46,505 nt of DNA from a virus (IMGVR_UViG_2563366802_000006), one strand, 5' to 3'. Positions 1 through 12,443 are shown, counted from the first letter of the stretch. The notes: generated by a model from the letters alone, not told the origin. Made by a program: numbers and translations.

Positions 1-1019
1 TTACGCCTTCTTTATATCCTCCATAATTCCAGAGTGGGACATATTTGGGACATTATCACCAAAAATGTCGTCTATTTTCCTCGCATGCTCTGTCAAATGA
101 TTAGGCGCAAGGTGAGCATACCTACGAACCATTTCTATGGACTCCCATCCGCCCATTTCCTGAAGCACTGATAATGGGACGCCTGACTGAATCAGCCAGC
201 TTGCCCAGGTGTGTCTGAGGTCATGGAAACGGAAATCTTCAATTCCTGCACGACGACAAGCTGATAGCCATGATGTCTTGCTGTCGATGCGCATCTTCCT
301 GACCGCAGGCGTTGATGTTCCATCTGCTCGCTTAGCCGCCTTGGTATGTACAAACACCCATTTGTGATGCTTGCCTATTTGATCACGCAACACTTTACAG
401 GCGGTATCGTTCAGCGCCACACCAATGGCGCGGTTTGATTTGCTCTCTTCTGGATTCACCCAGGCAACTCGTCGCTGCATGTCGATTTGTTGCCATTCCA
501 GATTTATGATGTTCGACTTTCTCAGACCAGTTGCCAGCGCAAACTTGACGACAGATTTCAGTGGTTCGGGGCACTCATCAATAAGGCGTTTTGCTTCCTC
601 CTTTTCCAGCCATCTGACTCGCTTGTTTCTGACCGCTGGTATCTTGATGACAGGCGCTTTTTCCAGCCACTTCCAGTCGCGTTCTGCAGCACGGAGAATG
701 GCCTTTATCATGGCAAGATGCTTTGCCTTTGTCTGAGTTGATACTGGCTTTGGTTCATAAACAGGCGGTTCTTTACCTTTCCTGATGGCGGCCTGAACTT
801 TCTGTTTCCATATTTCTTTCGTCTTTCTGTTATGCATTCTGCTTACAGCAGAGTAAATCTTTGCCTCCGAGATATCTTTAAGCCTTATACCCTCAAAATG
901 TTCAAGCCAGAACTCAATCCGGCTTTTATCTGAATCGAGAGATTTTTTATCAGCTTTTTCCTCAAGCCATCTTAGGCAGGCCTCTTCAAAAGTGACATCA
1001 GGTAAATCCCCTAGCTTTT

Positions 1020-3600
<2,581 letters not shown>

Positions 3601-3647
3601 TTTTACACCTCAGTTGGACGATGTTGAAATTTGCTGCTTTGAGGCCA

Positions 3648-3866
3648 TCACAGTCCCCATTGTTTGTTCTTAAGTTCGATCTCCTCCTGGCAACTTGCAC
3701 AAGTCCGACAACCCTGAACGACCAGGCGTCTTCGTTCATCTATTGGATCGCCACACTCACAACAATGAGTGGCAGATACAGTCTGGTAGTTCAGACGACG
3801 CATTTTTATTGCTGTGTTGCGCTGTAATTCTTCAATTTCTGATGCTGAATCAATGATGTCTGCCAT
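3648..3866 (-). CDS. TraR/DksA-family C4 zinc-finger protein
   Basis: 72-aa ORF with CxxC...17 aa...CxxC (CCECGDPIDERRRLVVQGCRTCASC), the pattern of phage TraR-like proteins. Confidence 0.7.
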   Translation of the reverse strand: MADIIDSASEIEELQRNTAIKMRRLNYQTVSATHCCECGDPIDERRRLVVQGCRTCASCQEEIELKNKQWGL

Positions 3867-3964
3867 CTTCCATTAATCCCTGAATTGTTGGTTAATACGC
3901 TTGAGGGTGAATGCGAATAATAAAAAAGGAGCCTGTAGCTCCCTGATGATTTTGCTTTTCATGT

Positions 3965-4180
3965 TCATCGTTCCTTAAAGACGCCGTTTAACATGCCGAT
4001 TGCCAGGCTTAAATGAGTCGGTGTGAATCCCATCAGCGTTACCGTTTCGCGGTGCTTCTTCAGTACGCTACGGCAAATGTCATCGACGTTTTTATCCGGA
4101 AACTGCTGTCTGGCTTTTTTGATTTCAGAATTAGCCTGACGGGCAATGCTGCGAAGGGCGTTTTCCTGCTGAGGTGTCAT
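3965..4180 (-). CDS. Small early-region protein (lambda orf61-like)
   Basis: Likely start at MTPQQENALRSIARQ... (ATG at 4180); position and size match the lambda exo-proximal small orfs. Confidence 0.55.
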   Translation of the reverse strand: MTPQQENALRSIARQANSEIKKARQQFPDKNVDDICRSVLKKHRETVTLMGFTPTHLSLAIGMLNGVFKER

Positions 4181-4256
4181 TGAACAAGTCCCATGTCGGC
4201 AAGCATAAGCACACAGAATATGAAGCCCGCTGCCAGAAAAATGCATTCCGTGGTTG

Positions 4257-4448
4257 TCATACCTGGTCTCTCTCATCTGCTTCTGCTTTCGCCACCATCA
4301 TTTCCAGCTTTTGTGAAAGGGATGCGGCTAACGTATGAAATTCTTCGTCTGTTTCTACTGGTATTGGCACAAACCTGACTCCAATTTGAGCGAGGCTATG
4401 TGCCATCTCGATACTCGTTCTTAACTCAACGGGAGATGCTTTGTGCAT
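4257..4448 (-). CDS. Small early-region protein (lambda orf63-like)
   Basis: 63-aa ORF immediately beyond orf60a; synteny with lambda. Confidence 0.55.
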   Translation of the reverse strand: MHKASPVELRTSIEMAHSLAQIGVRFVPIPVETDEEFHTLAASLSQKLEMMVAKAEADERDQV

Positions 4449-4609
4449 ACAGCTCCCCGTTTATTATTTATCTCCTCAGCCAGCCGCTGTGCTTTCAGTG
4501 GATTTCTGATAACAGAAAGGCCGGGAAATACCCAGCCTCGCTTTGTAATGGAGTAGACGAAAGTGATCGCGCCTACCCGGATATTATCGTGAGGATGCGT
4601 CATCGCCAT
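4421..4609 (-). CDS. Lambda orf60a-like protein
   Basis: 62-aa [36 protein letters not shown]... overlapping the exo start, as lambda orf60a does. Confidence 0.7.
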   Translation of the reverse strand: MAMTHPHDNIRVGAITFVYSITKRGWVFPGLSVIRNPLKAQRLAEEINNKRGAVCTKHLPLS

Positions 4610-5280
4610 TGCTCCCCAAATACAAAACCAATTTCAGCCAGTGCCTCGTCCATTTTTTCGATGAACTCCGGCACCATCTCGTCAAAACTCGCCATGTACT
4701 TTTCATCCCGCTCAACCACGACATAATGCAGTCCTTCACGCTTCATACGCGGGTCATAGTTGGCAAAGTACCAGGCATCTTTTCGTGTCACCCACATGCT
4801 GTACTGCACCTGGGCCATGTAAGCCGACTTTATGGCCTCGAAACCACCGAGCCGGAACTTCATGAAATCCCGGGAGGTAAACGGGCATTTCAGCTCAAGG
4901 CCATTGCCGTCACTGCATAAACCATCGGGAGAGCAGGCGGTGCGCATACTTTCGTCGCGATAGATGATCGGGGATTCAGTAACATTCACGCCGGAAGTGA
5001 ATTCAAACAGAGTTCTGGCGTCGTTCTCGTACTGTTTTCCCCATGCCAGCGCCTTAGCATTAACTTCCGGAGCCACACCGGTGCAAACCTCAGCCAGCAG
5101 GGTGTGGAAGTAGGACATTTTCATGTCAGGCCACTTCTTTCCTGAGCGGGGCTTGGCTATCACGTTGTGAGCTTCTGAAGCGGTGATGACGCCGAGCCGT
5201 AATTTGTGCCATGCATCATCCCCCTGTTCGACAGCTCTTACGTCGATCCCGGTACGCTGCAGTATAATGTCCGGTGTCAT
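4600..5280 (-). CDS. exo: Lambda exonuclease (Red-alpha)
   Basis: 226-aa ORF near-identical to lambda Exo ([36 protein letters not shown]...). Confidence 0.97.
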   Translation of the reverse strand: MTPDIILQRTGIDVRAVEQGDDAWHKLRLGVITASEAHNVIAKPRSGKKWPDMKMSYFHTLLAEVCTGVAPEVNAKALAWGKQYENDARTLFEFTSGVNVTESPIIYRDESMRTACSPDGLCSDGNGLELKCPFTSRDFMKFRLGGFEAIKSAYMAQVQYSMWVTRKDAWYFANYDPRMKREGLHYVVVERDEKYMASFDEMVPEFIEKMDEALAEIGFVFGEQWR

Positions 5281-6062
5281 GCTGCCACCTTCTGCTCAGT
5301 GGCTTTCTGTTTCAGGAATCCAAGAGCTTTCACTGCTTCGGCCTGTGTCAGTTCTGACGATGCGCGAATGTCGCGGCGAAATATCTGGGAACAGAGCGGC
5401 AATAAGTCGTCATCCCATGTTTTATCCAGGGCGATCAGCAGAGTGTTAATCTCCTGCATGGTTTCATCGTTAACCGGAGTGATGTCGCGTTCCGGCTGAC
5501 GTTCTGCAGTGTATGCAGTATTTTCGACAATGCGCTCGGCTTCATCCTTGTCATAGATACCAGCAAATCCGAAGGCCAGACGGGCACACTGAATCATGGC
5601 TTTATGCCGTAACATCCGTTTGGGATGCGACTGCCACGGTCCGGTGATTTCTCTGCCTTCGCGGGTTTTGAATGGTTCGCGGCGGCATTCATCCATCCAC
5701 TCGGTAACGCAGATCGGATGATTACGGTCCTTGCGGTAAATCCGGCATGTACATGATTCATTGTCCTGCTCAAAGTCCATGCCATCAAACTGCTGGTTTT
5801 CATTGATGATACGGGACCAGCCATCAACGCCCACCACCGGAACGATGCCGTTCTGCTTGTCAGGGAAGGCGTAAATTTCTTTCGTCCACGGATTAAGGCC
5901 GTACTGGTTGGCGACGATCAACAATGCGATGAACTGCGCATCGCTGGCATCACCTTTAAATGCCGTCTGGCGAAGAGTGGTGATCAGTTCCTGTGGGTCG
6001 ACAGAATCCATGCCGACGCGTTCAGCCAGCTTCCCAGCCAGCGTTGCGAGTGCTGTACTCAT
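5277..6062 (-). CDS. bet: Lambda Bet single-strand annealing protein (Red-beta)
   Basis: 261-aa ORF near-identical to lambda Bet; overlaps exo start. Confidence 0.97.
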   Translation of the reverse strand: MSTALATLAGKLAERVGMDSVDPQELITTLRQTAFKGDASDAQFIALLIVANQYGLNPWTKEIYAFPDKQNGIVPVVGVDGWSRIINENQQFDGMDFEQDNESCTCRIYRKDRNHPICVTEWMDECRREPFKTREGREITGPWQSHPKRMLRHKAMIQCARLAFGFAGIYDKDEAERIVENTAYTAERQPERDITPVNDETMQEINTLLIALDKTWDDDLLPLCSQIFRRDIRASSELTQAEAVKALGFLKQKATEQKVAA

Positions 6063-6067
6063 CCGTT

Positions 6068-6484
6068 TTATACCTCTGAATCAATATCAACCTGGTGGTG
6101 AGCAATGGTTTCAACCATGTACCGGATGTGTTCTGCCATGCGCTCCTGAAACTCAACATCGTCATCAAACGCACGGGTAATGGCTTTTTTGCTGGCCCCG
6201 TGGCGTTGTAAATGATCGATGCAGAGTGATTCAAACAGGTGCTGGGGCAGACCTTTTTCCATGTCGTCTGCCAGTTCTGCCTCTTTCTCTTCACGGGCGA
6301 TCTGCTGGTAGTGACGCGTCCAGCTCTGAGCCTCAAGACGATCCTGAATGTAATAAGCGTTCATGGCTGAACTCCTGAAATAGCTGTGAAAATATCGCCC
6401 GCGAAATGCCGGGCTGATTAGGAAAACAGGAAAGGGGGTTAGTGAATGCTTTTGCTTGATCTCAGTTTCAGTATTAATATCCAT
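6068..6484 (-). CDS. gam: Lambda Gam, RecBCD inhibitor
   Basis: 138-aa ORF matching lambda Gam (long form). Confidence 0.95.
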   Translation of the reverse strand: MDINTETEIKQKHSLTPFPVFLISPAFRGRYFHSYFRSSAMNAYYIQDRLEAQSWTRHYQQIAREEKEAELADDMEKGLPQHLFESLCIDHLQRHGASKKAITRAFDDDVEFQERMAEHIRYMVETIAHHQVDIDSEV

Positions 6485-6582
6485 TTTTTATAAGCGTCGA
6501 CGGCCTCACGAAACATCTTTTCATCGCCAATAAAAGTGGCGATAGTGAATTTAGTCTGGATAGCCATAAGTGTTTGATCCAT
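6439..6582 (-). CDS. kil: Kil host-killing protein
   Basis: 47-aa [47 protein letters not shown] matches lambda Kil; the ORF-track N-terminal extension to 6708 is not used. Confidence 0.85.
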   Translation of the reverse strand: MDQTLMAIQTKFTIATFIGDEKMFREAVDAYKKWILILKLRSSKSIH

Positions 6583-6715
6583 TTTTTGGGACTCCTGGCT
6601 GATTAAGTATGTCGATAAGGCGTTTCCATCCGTCACGTAATTTACGGGTGATTCGTTCAAGTAAAGATTCGGAAGGGCAGCCAGCAACAGGCCACCCTGC
6701 AATGGCATATTGCAT
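6551..6715 (-). CDS. cIII: cIII protease inhibitor
   Basis: Found by hand on the minus strand (below the 60-aa ORF-track cutoff): [54 protein letters not shown], 54 aa, matches lambda cIII. Confidence 0.85.
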   Translation of the reverse strand: MQYAIAGWPVAGCPSESLLERITRKLRDGWKRLIDILNQPGVPKNGSNTYGYPD

Positions 6716-6787
6716 GGTGTGCTCCTTATTTATACATAACGAAAAACGCCTCGAGTGAAGCGTTATTGGTATGCGGTAACGCCGCGC

Positions 6788-7165
6788 TCAGGCGGCTTTG
6801 ATAGTCATATCATCTGAATCAAATATTCCTGATGTATCGATATCGGTAATTCTTATTCCTTCGCTACCATCCATTGGAGGCCATCCTTCCTGACCATTTC
6901 CATCATTCCAGTCGAACTCACACACAACACCATATGCATTTAAGTCGCTTGAAATTGCTATAAGCAGAGCATGTTGCGCCAGCATGATTAATACAGCATT
7001 TAATACAGAGCCGTGTTTATTGAGTCGGTATTCAGAGTCTGACCAGAAATTATTAATCTGGTGAAGTTTTTCCTCTGTCATTACGTCATGGTCGATTTCA
7101 ATTTCTATTGATGCTTTCCAGTCGTAATCAATGGTAAGCGTAAACTGACCGCCGTATGTAGCCAT
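6788..7165 (-). CDS. ea10: Ea10-like protein
   Basis: 125-aa ORF in the position lambda ea10 occupies (next leftward of cIII); similar size. Confidence 0.7.
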   Translation of the reverse strand: MATYGGQFTLTIDYDWKASIEIEIDHDVMTEEKLHQINNFWSDSEYRLNKHGSVLNAVLIMLAQHALLIAISSDLNAYGVVCEFDWNDGNGQEGWPPMDGSEGIRITDIDTSGIFDSDDMTIKAA

Positions 7166-7218
7166 CAGACGAGAATTGGTAACTTAGACGCCCATCTGAT
7201 ATAGACGGACATCTAAGT

Positions 7219-7644
7219 ATGGAATTACAGGACTGGCGAAAAGAACCTCGTAAAAACTATTCGAATGAATTCAAACTTCGTATGGTGGAACTGGCATCAC
7301 AACCTGGAGCTTGTGTTGCACAGATTGCACGTGAAAATGGCGTCAATGATAATGTTATTTTCAAATGGCTCAGGCTCTGGCAGAACGAAGGGCGTGTTTC
7401 GCGGCGTCTTCCGGTAACGACCTCTTCTGACACTGGCGTTGAATTATTACCTGTAGAAATAACGCCGGATGAGCAGAAAGAACCTGTGGCGGCCATTGCG
7501 CCGTCTTTATCCACTTCCACTCAGACCAGAGTCAGTGCCAGTTCCTGCAAGGTGGAATTCCGTCACGGTAACATGACGCTGGAAAATCCATCGCCAGAGC
7601 TGCTCACAGTGTTGATCCGTGAACTGACCGGGAGGGGAAGATGA
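7219..7644 (+). CDS. IS66-family accessory protein TnpA (orf1)
   Basis: 141-aa ORF with HTH-like N-terminus; stop overlaps the next ORF. Confidence 0.8.
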   Translation: MELQDWRKEPRKNYSNEFKLRMVELASQPGACVAQIARENGVNDNVIFKWLRLWQNEGRVSRRLPVTTSSDTGVELLPVEITPDEQKEPVAAIAPSLSTSTQTRVSASSCKVEFRHGNMTLENPSPELLTVLIRELTGRGR

Positions 7645-7991
7645 TCTCACTCCCATCAGGTACCCGTATCTGGCTCGTTGCCGGCGTTACCGATATGCGT
7701 AAATCCTTCAACGGACTGGGAGAACAGGTACAACATGTGCTGAATGATAATCCCTTCTCCGGTCACCTGTTTATCTTCCGTGGCCGACGGGGTGACACCG
7801 TCAAAATTCTTTGGGCTGATGCTGATGGTCTGTGCCTGTTCACCAAACGCCTGGAGGAAGGCCAGTTTATCTGGCCTGCGGTACGTGACGGCAAGGTATC
7901 CATTACCCGCTCGCAACTGGCAATGCTCCTCGATAAGCTGGACTGGCGTCAGCCAAAAACATCCAGCCTTAACGCACTGACAATGTTGTAA
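7641..7991 (+). CDS. IS66-family TnpB (orf2)
   Basis: 116-aa ORF MISLPSGTRIWLVAGVTDMRKSFNGL... typical of IS66 orf2. Confidence 0.85.
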   Translation: MISLPSGTRIWLVAGVTDMRKSFNGLGEQVQHVLNDNPFSGHLFIFRGRRGDTVKILWADADGLCLFTKRLEEGQFIWPAVRDGKVSITRSQLAMLLDKLDWRQPKTSSLNALTML

Positions 7992-8021
7992 AAAACTCCT
8001 GACCGCATTATAAAAACGGTC

Positions 8022-9635
8022 ATGAGTCAGAAATACCTCATTCGCATCGCAGAGCTGGAAAGGTTGCTCTCTGAGCAGGCTGAAGCCCTCCGTCAGAAAG
8101 ACCAGCAACTGAGTCTGGTTGAAGAGACGGAAGCCTTCCTGCGCTCTGCACTGACACGTGCCGAAGAAAAGATCGAAGAAGATGAACGGGAAATAGAACA
8201 TCTGCGGGCTCAGATAGAAAAACTGCGCCGGATGCTGTTCGGTACCCGTTCTGAAAAACTGCGTCGTGAAGTTGAACTGGCTGAGGCTCTGCTGAAACAA
8301 CGTGAACAGGACAGCGATCGTTACAGTGGGCGGGAAGACGATCCTCAGGTTCCCCGCCAGTTGCGACAGTCGCGCCATCGTCGTCCGTTACCGGCACACC
8401 TTCCCCGTGAAATACACCGCCTGGAGCCAGAAGAAAGCTGTTGCCCGGAGTGTGGCGGTGAGCTGGATTATCTGGGGGAAGTCAGCGCTGAACAGCTGGA
8501 ACTGGTGAGCAGTGCCCTGAAAGTGATCCGCACAGAACGGGTAAAAAAAGCCTGTACAAAATGTGACTGTATTGTTGAAGCACCGGCGCCGTCCCGCCCG
8601 ATAGAGCGTGGTATCGCGGGCCCCGGATTACTTGCCCGCGTGTTAACGGGAAAATACTGCGAACATCTGCCACTGTATCGTCAGAGTGAAATCTTTGCCC
8701 GCCAGGGTGTCGAACTGAGCCGGGCCTTACTCTCCAACTGGGTTGACGCGTGCTGCCAGTTAATGACACCGGTGAATGATGCCCTGTACCGTTATGTAAT
8801 GAACACCCGCAAGATTCACACTGATGACACACCGGTAAAGGTACTGGCACCGGGTCAGAAAAAGGCGAAAACAGGGCGTATCTGGACGTATGTCCGGGAT
8901 GATCGCAATGTGGGTTCGTCATCTCCTCCAGCGGTCTGGTTCGCGTACTCGCCGAACCGGCAGGGGAAACACCCGGAGCAACACCTCCGCCCCTTCCGGG
9001 GTATCCTGCAGGCGGATGCGTTCACAGGTTACGACAGGTTGTTCAGTGCAGAACGTGAAGGTGGTGCACTGACAGAAGTTGCGTGCTGGGCCCATGCCCG
9101 GCGAAAAATCCACGATGTATACATCAGCAGCAAAAGTGCGACGGCAGAAGAAGCACTGAAGCGAATCAGTGAACTGTACGCCATCGAGGATGAAATACGG
9201 GGATTACCGGAGTCAGAGCGTCTTGCCGTCAGGCAGCAGCGAAGCAAAGTGTTACTGACGTCGCTGCATGAATGGATGGTGGAGAAGAATGGTACGCTGT
9301 CGAAAAAATCCAGACTGGGCGAAGCGTTCAGCTATGTACTGAATCAGTGGGATGCCCTCTGTTATTACAGTGATGACGGTCTGGCGGAGGCGGATAATAA
9401 TGCTGCGGAAAGAGCGCTTCGTGCAGTCTGTCTCGGAAAGAAAAACTTTATGTTCTTTGGCAGCGATCACGGCGGCGAGCGTGGAGCACTGTTGTACGGG
9501 CTGATCGGCACCTGCCGTCTGAACGGTATCGATCCGGAAGCGTATCTGCGCCATATCCTGAGCGTACTGCCGGAATGGCCTTCCAACCGAGTTGATGAAC
9601 TCCTGCCATGGAACGTAGTACTCACCAATAAATAA
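8022..9635 (+). CDS. IS66-family transposase TnpC (orf3)
   Basis: 537-aa ORF with N-terminal coiled coil, zinc-finger CPECGGEL...CTKC and a DDE-type core. Confidence 0.88.
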   Translation: MSQKYLIRIAELERLLSEQAEALRQKDQQLSLVEETEAFLRSALTRAEEKIEEDEREIEHLRAQIEKLRRMLFGTRSEKLRREVELAEALLKQREQDSDRYSGREDDPQVPRQLRQSRHRRPLPAHLPREIHRLEPEESCCPECGGELDYLGEVSAEQLELVSSALKVIRTERVKKACTKCDCIVEAPAPSRPIERGIAGPGLLARVLTGKYCEHLPLYRQSEIFARQGVELSRALLSNWVDACCQLMTPVNDALYRYVMNTRKIHTDDTPVKVLAPGQKKAKTGRIWTYVRDDRNVGSSSPPAVWFAYSPNRQGKHPEQHLRPFRGILQADAFTGYDRLFSAEREGGALTEVACWAHARRKIHDVYISSKSATAEEALKRISELYAIEDEIRGLPESERLAVRQQRSKVLLTSLHEWMVEKNGTLSKKSRLGEAFSYVLNQWDALCYYSDDGLAEADNNAAERALRAVCLGKKNFMFFGSDHGGERGALLYGLIGTCRLNGIDPEAYLRHILSVLPEWPSNRVDELLPWNVVLTNK

Positions 9636-9714
9636 GCGTCAATACGGTGCTCCGTTGACGCTTACAATCAATGATGTATTTTTTGATGTTTGACATCTAT
9701 TCATATCCTCACAG

Positions 9715-9742
9715 ATAAAAAATCGCCCTCACATTGGAGGGC
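9715..9742 (-). terminator. Rho-independent terminator candidate on the leftward (pL) transcript
   Basis: Minus-strand hairpin GCCCTCCAATGTGAGGGC followed by TTTTTT. Confidence 0.45.
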
Positions 9743-9956
9743 AAAGAAGATTTCCAATAATCAGAACAAGTCGGCTCCTGTTTAGTTACGAGCGACATTG
9801 CTCAGTGTATTCACTCGTTGGAATGAATACACAGTGCAGTGTTTATTAGTATGCCTGTCTTTTAACCACATCAGGGTCGGTGGTTCTCGTGTACCCCTAC
9901 AGCGAGAAATCGGATAAACTCTATTCACCCCTACAGAGAGCAAAAGAGAAACGCCG

Positions 9957-10538
9957 ATGAACAACTCATGGTGGCAGGAACTAATGCATTTTTTCCTGCA
10001 AGGAATGACACTTAAACAGTTGATTCATATGCTAATCATCCTAATCATATTGATTATTGTTATGCCTATAAGCGTAAAAGAATGGATAAACCTGCATAAT
10101 CCAGAAATCCTTCCTCATTACTGGATGTATTACATCCTGTTGTTTTGCGTTAGCTATGTGCTTAACGGCGTTGTTAATTCCGCTTATCACGCTGTGACTG
10201 AAAGAATTGAGATATTCGCTGCTCAGAAGCGCAAATCTAAAGAAGAGAAATACGTGCAAGATTTGTTTGATTCGTTAACTCTTGGAGAAAGAGCGTATTT
10301 GGCATTCGCTGTAGCCGCTAATAACCAGCTAAAGACAGAAAAGGGAAGCCCTGAAGCAATCTCATTGCTCGAAAAAGGGCTTCTTATTCGGGTACCTTCT
10401 GCTACTGGATATCCTGAAATCGACCGTTTTGTTATCCCGGAACGCTATAGAAATGAGTGCTACATTAGGTTTGCTGGGAAGAAAGACAGTCTTATGGATG
10501 AACTTATCGCTCAGGATAAGCATGGCAAAAACAAGTAA
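9957..10538 (+). CDS. sieB: Superinfection exclusion protein SieB
   Basis: 193-aa ORF with N-terminal transmembrane stretch; matches lambda SieB as I recall it; opposite orientation to N, as in lambda. Confidence 0.8.
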   Translation: MNNSWWQELMHFFLQGMTLKQLIHMLIILIILIIVMPISVKEWINLHNPEILPHYWMYYILLFCVSYVLNGVVNSAYHAVTERIEIFAAQKRKSKEEKYVQDLFDSLTLGERAYLAFAVAANNQLKTEKGSPEAISLLEKGLLIRVPSATGYPEIDRFVIPERYRNECYIRFAGKKDSLMDELIAQDKHGKNK

Positions 10539-10554
10539 TTAGCAAATTAATTTA

Positions 10555-10827
10555 TCATCTCGCCGTCAGTTGTTTTGATTTCCGGTAGCCTGCCGCGTAA
10601 ATGGCTACGTTTGGCAGGCAAATACTTCCACTGCATTCATCTGCCTTCTTGCAGCGAAGGCTTCCGAGTGATGCTGCTTTGTCTGCTCTGACGCAACCAG
10701 AGAGCTTTAGCGCAATTTTTCGCGCCAGTCGCTGTTCTTGCATTGCCTGCTCACGTTGAGCCTGTCTGCGTGCTCTGCGGCGATTTCTGGCGTTATCGTC
10801 AGCCAGATATGTAATGACTACTGCCAT
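10555..10827 (-). CDS. N: N-type transcription antiterminator (P22 gp24 family)
   Basis: 90-aa ORF with arginine-rich N-terminus (NARNRRRARRQAQREQ) and C-terminus ...AAGYRKSKQLTAR resembling P22 gp24; sits between nutL and sieB. Confidence 0.8.
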   Translation of the reverse strand: MAVVITYLADDNARNRRRARRQAQREQAMQEQRLARKIALKLSGCVRADKAASLGSLRCKKADECSGSICLPNVAIYAAGYRKSKQLTAR

Positions 10828-10935
10828 GTTGACCTCCGATGATTGACTTTGGCGGTGACGCGCCGGGTGCTTATCTTCCGGTTGCCGTCGTGCAGCTGCA
10901 CTTCACGTCACCCCAAAGCCAACTACTCTTTGGTT

Positions 10936-10975
10936 CCCGCATTTCGGCGGGACAATCCCATCAATGTTAAAGAGC
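10936..10975 (-). promoter_or_regulatory. nutL (boxA GCTCTTTAAC + boxB hairpin CCCGCCGAAATGCGGG)
   Basis: Minus-strand boxA-like decamer followed about 14 nt later by a stem-loop; the same pair recurs as nutR on the + strand. Confidence 0.65.
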
Positions 10976-11021
10976 CTGCCAATCTGTTCCGTTTGGCTAC
11001 CAGCGTCCTGCCGATGACTTA

Positions 11022-11100
11022 AATTTAAGATTTCTTTAACTATTGGTCAAGAGCGTTTTTGAAGAAAACTTAAATTTTGTTGCGAAGCTTAAGTTTTGCT
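11022..11100 (-). promoter_or_regulatory. pL/oL region: -35 TTGACC, 17-nt spacer, -10 TAAATT (minus strand), with operator-like repeats built on TTAAG/CTTAA half-sites
   Basis: Promoter hexamers read from the sequence; operator repeats (ATTTAAGATTTCTTTAAC, CTTAAATTTTG, CTTAAGTTTTG) resemble P22-type operators. Confidence 0.55.
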
Positions 11101-11116
11101 TTGATTTTTAAAGGAA

Positions 11117-11139
11117 AGAAAAAAAGGGGCGAATGCCCC
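11117..11139 (-). terminator. Rho-independent terminator directly after the repressor gene
   Basis: Minus-strand hairpin GGGGCATTCGCCCC followed by TTTTTTT, abutting the c2 stop. Confidence 0.6.
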
Positions 11140-11790
11140 TTATGGAAGGTTTGCTATTTTTGCATCGACAACTACACCGATGATTTTGCAGTTCCCGTTG
11201 ATCTCAATCATCGGATATTGTGGGTTAAGTGGTTTTAGAAACCTTCTGCCAGCATCAATAACTAACTTCTTGAAAGTTGCCTCGTTTTCTCCTTCGAGCT
11301 TTGCCACTACCAGCTTCCCATTACGAGGTTCTACTTCAGGATCGACTAGTATTATCATCCCTTCCGGGATGCTAAGACCGGCTGGAGCCGTCATCGAATC
11401 ACCCTTTACGTCCAGCCAAAACGAATCTTCTGAACAATCTACGGTTGTATCGTACCAGTTATCTATTGCACGCTTATGATATGGCTCTACAGCTTCCATC
11501 CAACATCCTGCGCTTACCCAACTAATTAGAGGATACGAACCTCTTGGATCATGCCTGCTGTGATAGGCAATGTTTGAAAGACTATCTTCTCCTTTCAACA
11601 AGTAATCAGGGGAGCACTGTAAAGCCTTGGCTAAAGCCAATAGGTTTTCGCCATTGGGCTCAGTTTCAGAACGCTCCCATTGGGAAATAGCAACATTAGA
11701 CACGCCAACCATCTTGCCAAGGGCAGCCTGCCTAATCTTAAGTTCTTTTCTGCGAGCGCGAATACGCTCACCCATCAGTTGTGTATTCAT
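11140..11790 (-). CDS. c2: Prophage repressor, P22 C2 type (HTH + LexA-like S24 domain)
   Basis: 216-aa ORF near-identical to P22 C2 (MNTQLMGERIRARRK.LKIRQAALGKMVGVSNVAISQWERSETEPNGENLLAL...). Confidence 0.95.
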   Translation of the reverse strand: MNTQLMGERIRARRKELKIRQAALGKMVGVSNVAISQWERSETEPNGENLLALAKALQCSPDYLLKGEDSLSNIAYHSRHDPRGSYPLISWVSAGCWMEAVEPYHKRAIDNWYDTTVDCSEDSFWLDVKGDSMTAPAGLSIPEGMIILVDPEVEPRNGKLVVAKLEGENEATFKKLVIDAGRRFLKPLNPQYPMIEINGNCKIIGVVVDAKIANLP

Positions 11791-11860
11791 AGTTAAGACA
11801 TCTTAAATAAACTTGACTTAAGATTCCTTTGATAGATAATTTAAGTGTTCTTTAATTTCG
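11791..11860. promoter_or_regulatory. oR/pR/pRM region: operators AGTTAAGACATCTTAAAT and AATTTAAGTGTTCTTTAAT; pR -35 TTGACT and -10 GATAAT (+ strand)
   Basis: Near-palindromic 18-19-bp sites with TTAAG...CTTAA half-sites between divergent c2 and cro; sigma-70-like hexamers overlap them. Confidence 0.65.
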
Positions 11861-11870
11861 GGGCGAGTCT

Positions 11871-12056
11871 ATGTACAAGAAAGATGTTATCGACCACTTC
11901 GGAACCCAGCGTGCGGTAGCTAAAGCGTTAGGCATTAGCGATGCAGCAGTCTCTCAGTGGAAGGAAGTCATCCCAGAGAAAGACGCCTATCGACTGGAAG
12001 TCGTTACAGCTGGCGCCCTGAAGTATCAAGAAAGTGCTTATCGCAAAGCGGCATAA
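11871..12056 (+). CDS. cro: Cro repressor (P22 type)
   Basis: 61-aa ORF MYKKDVIDHFGTQRAVAKALGISDAAVSQWKEVIPEKDAYRLE... matches P22 Cro. Confidence 0.93.
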   Translation: MYKKDVIDHFGTQRAVAKALGISDAAVSQWKEVIPEKDAYRLEVVTAGALKYQESAYRKAA

Positions 12057-12062
12057 GCAAAT

Positions 12063-12106
12063 TGCTCTTTAACAGTCATGGTCCTTATTCCCGCCGAAAT
12101 GCGGGA
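12063..12106 (+). promoter_or_regulatory. nutR (boxA GCTCTTTAAC + boxB CCCGCCGAAATGCGGG)
   Basis: Same boxA and boxB as nutL, here on the + strand just after cro. Confidence 0.65.
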
Positions 12107-12164
12107 ATACAACGCGCATCAGTTGGTGCGTATAACTTCTTATTTGTTAAGGAAATACTTACAT

Positions 12165-12443
12165 ATGCAACTTACAAGTACTCGCAAGAAAGCGAATGCA
12201 ATCACAAGCAACATCCTGAATCGAATTGCTGTACGTGGTCAGCGAAAGGTTGCTGATGCATTAGGGATTAATGAATCGCAAATTTCGCGATGGAAAGACA
12301 GCTTTATCCCAAAGATGGCCATGCTTCTGGCTGTGCTGGAGTGGGGTGTTGAAGACGAGGAATTAGCAAAGCTAGCAAAGAAAGTAGCCATGGTGCTGAC
12401 AAAAGAAAAGCCTCAAGACTGCTGCAACAGTTTTGAGGCCTGA
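12165..12443 (+). CDS. cII: CII-family lysogeny-establishment activator (P22 c1-like)
   Basis: Start chosen at ATG 12165 (MQLTSTRKK...) after an AGGAAA ribosome-binding site; conserved core SQISRWK...IPK.AMLLAVLEWGV as in lambda CII. The ORF-track extension from 12078 spans nutR and is not used. Confidence 0.85.
   Translation: MQLTSTRKKANAITSNILNRIAVRGQRKVADALGINESQISRWKDSFIPKMAMLLAVLEWGVEDEELAKLAKKVAMVLTKEKPQDCCNSFEA

Larger units (their letters stand above)
7179..9666 (+). mobile_element. IS66-family insertion sequence (three-ORF tnpA-tnpB-tnpC type), boundaries approximate
   Basis: Characteristic overlapping ORF trio; right end ...GACGCTTAC just after the tnpC stop; a GTAAC at 7179 is a candidate left end. 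Terminal repeats are imperfect and no clean target duplication was found. Confidence 0.7.

Noticed and set aside
6583-6708. N-terminal extension of the kil ORF
   Set aside because: Overlaps cIII in another frame; lambda Kil is 47 aa starting at MDQTLM.
9782-9964. 60-aa minus-strand ORF between the IS66 element and sieB
   Set aside because: No resemblance to Ral; overlaps the sieB start; probably promoter or leader sequence.
12078-12164. Upstream extension of the cII ORF
   Set aside because: Spans the nutR boxA/boxB; the internal ATG at 12165 has a ribosome-binding site and matches the expected CII length.
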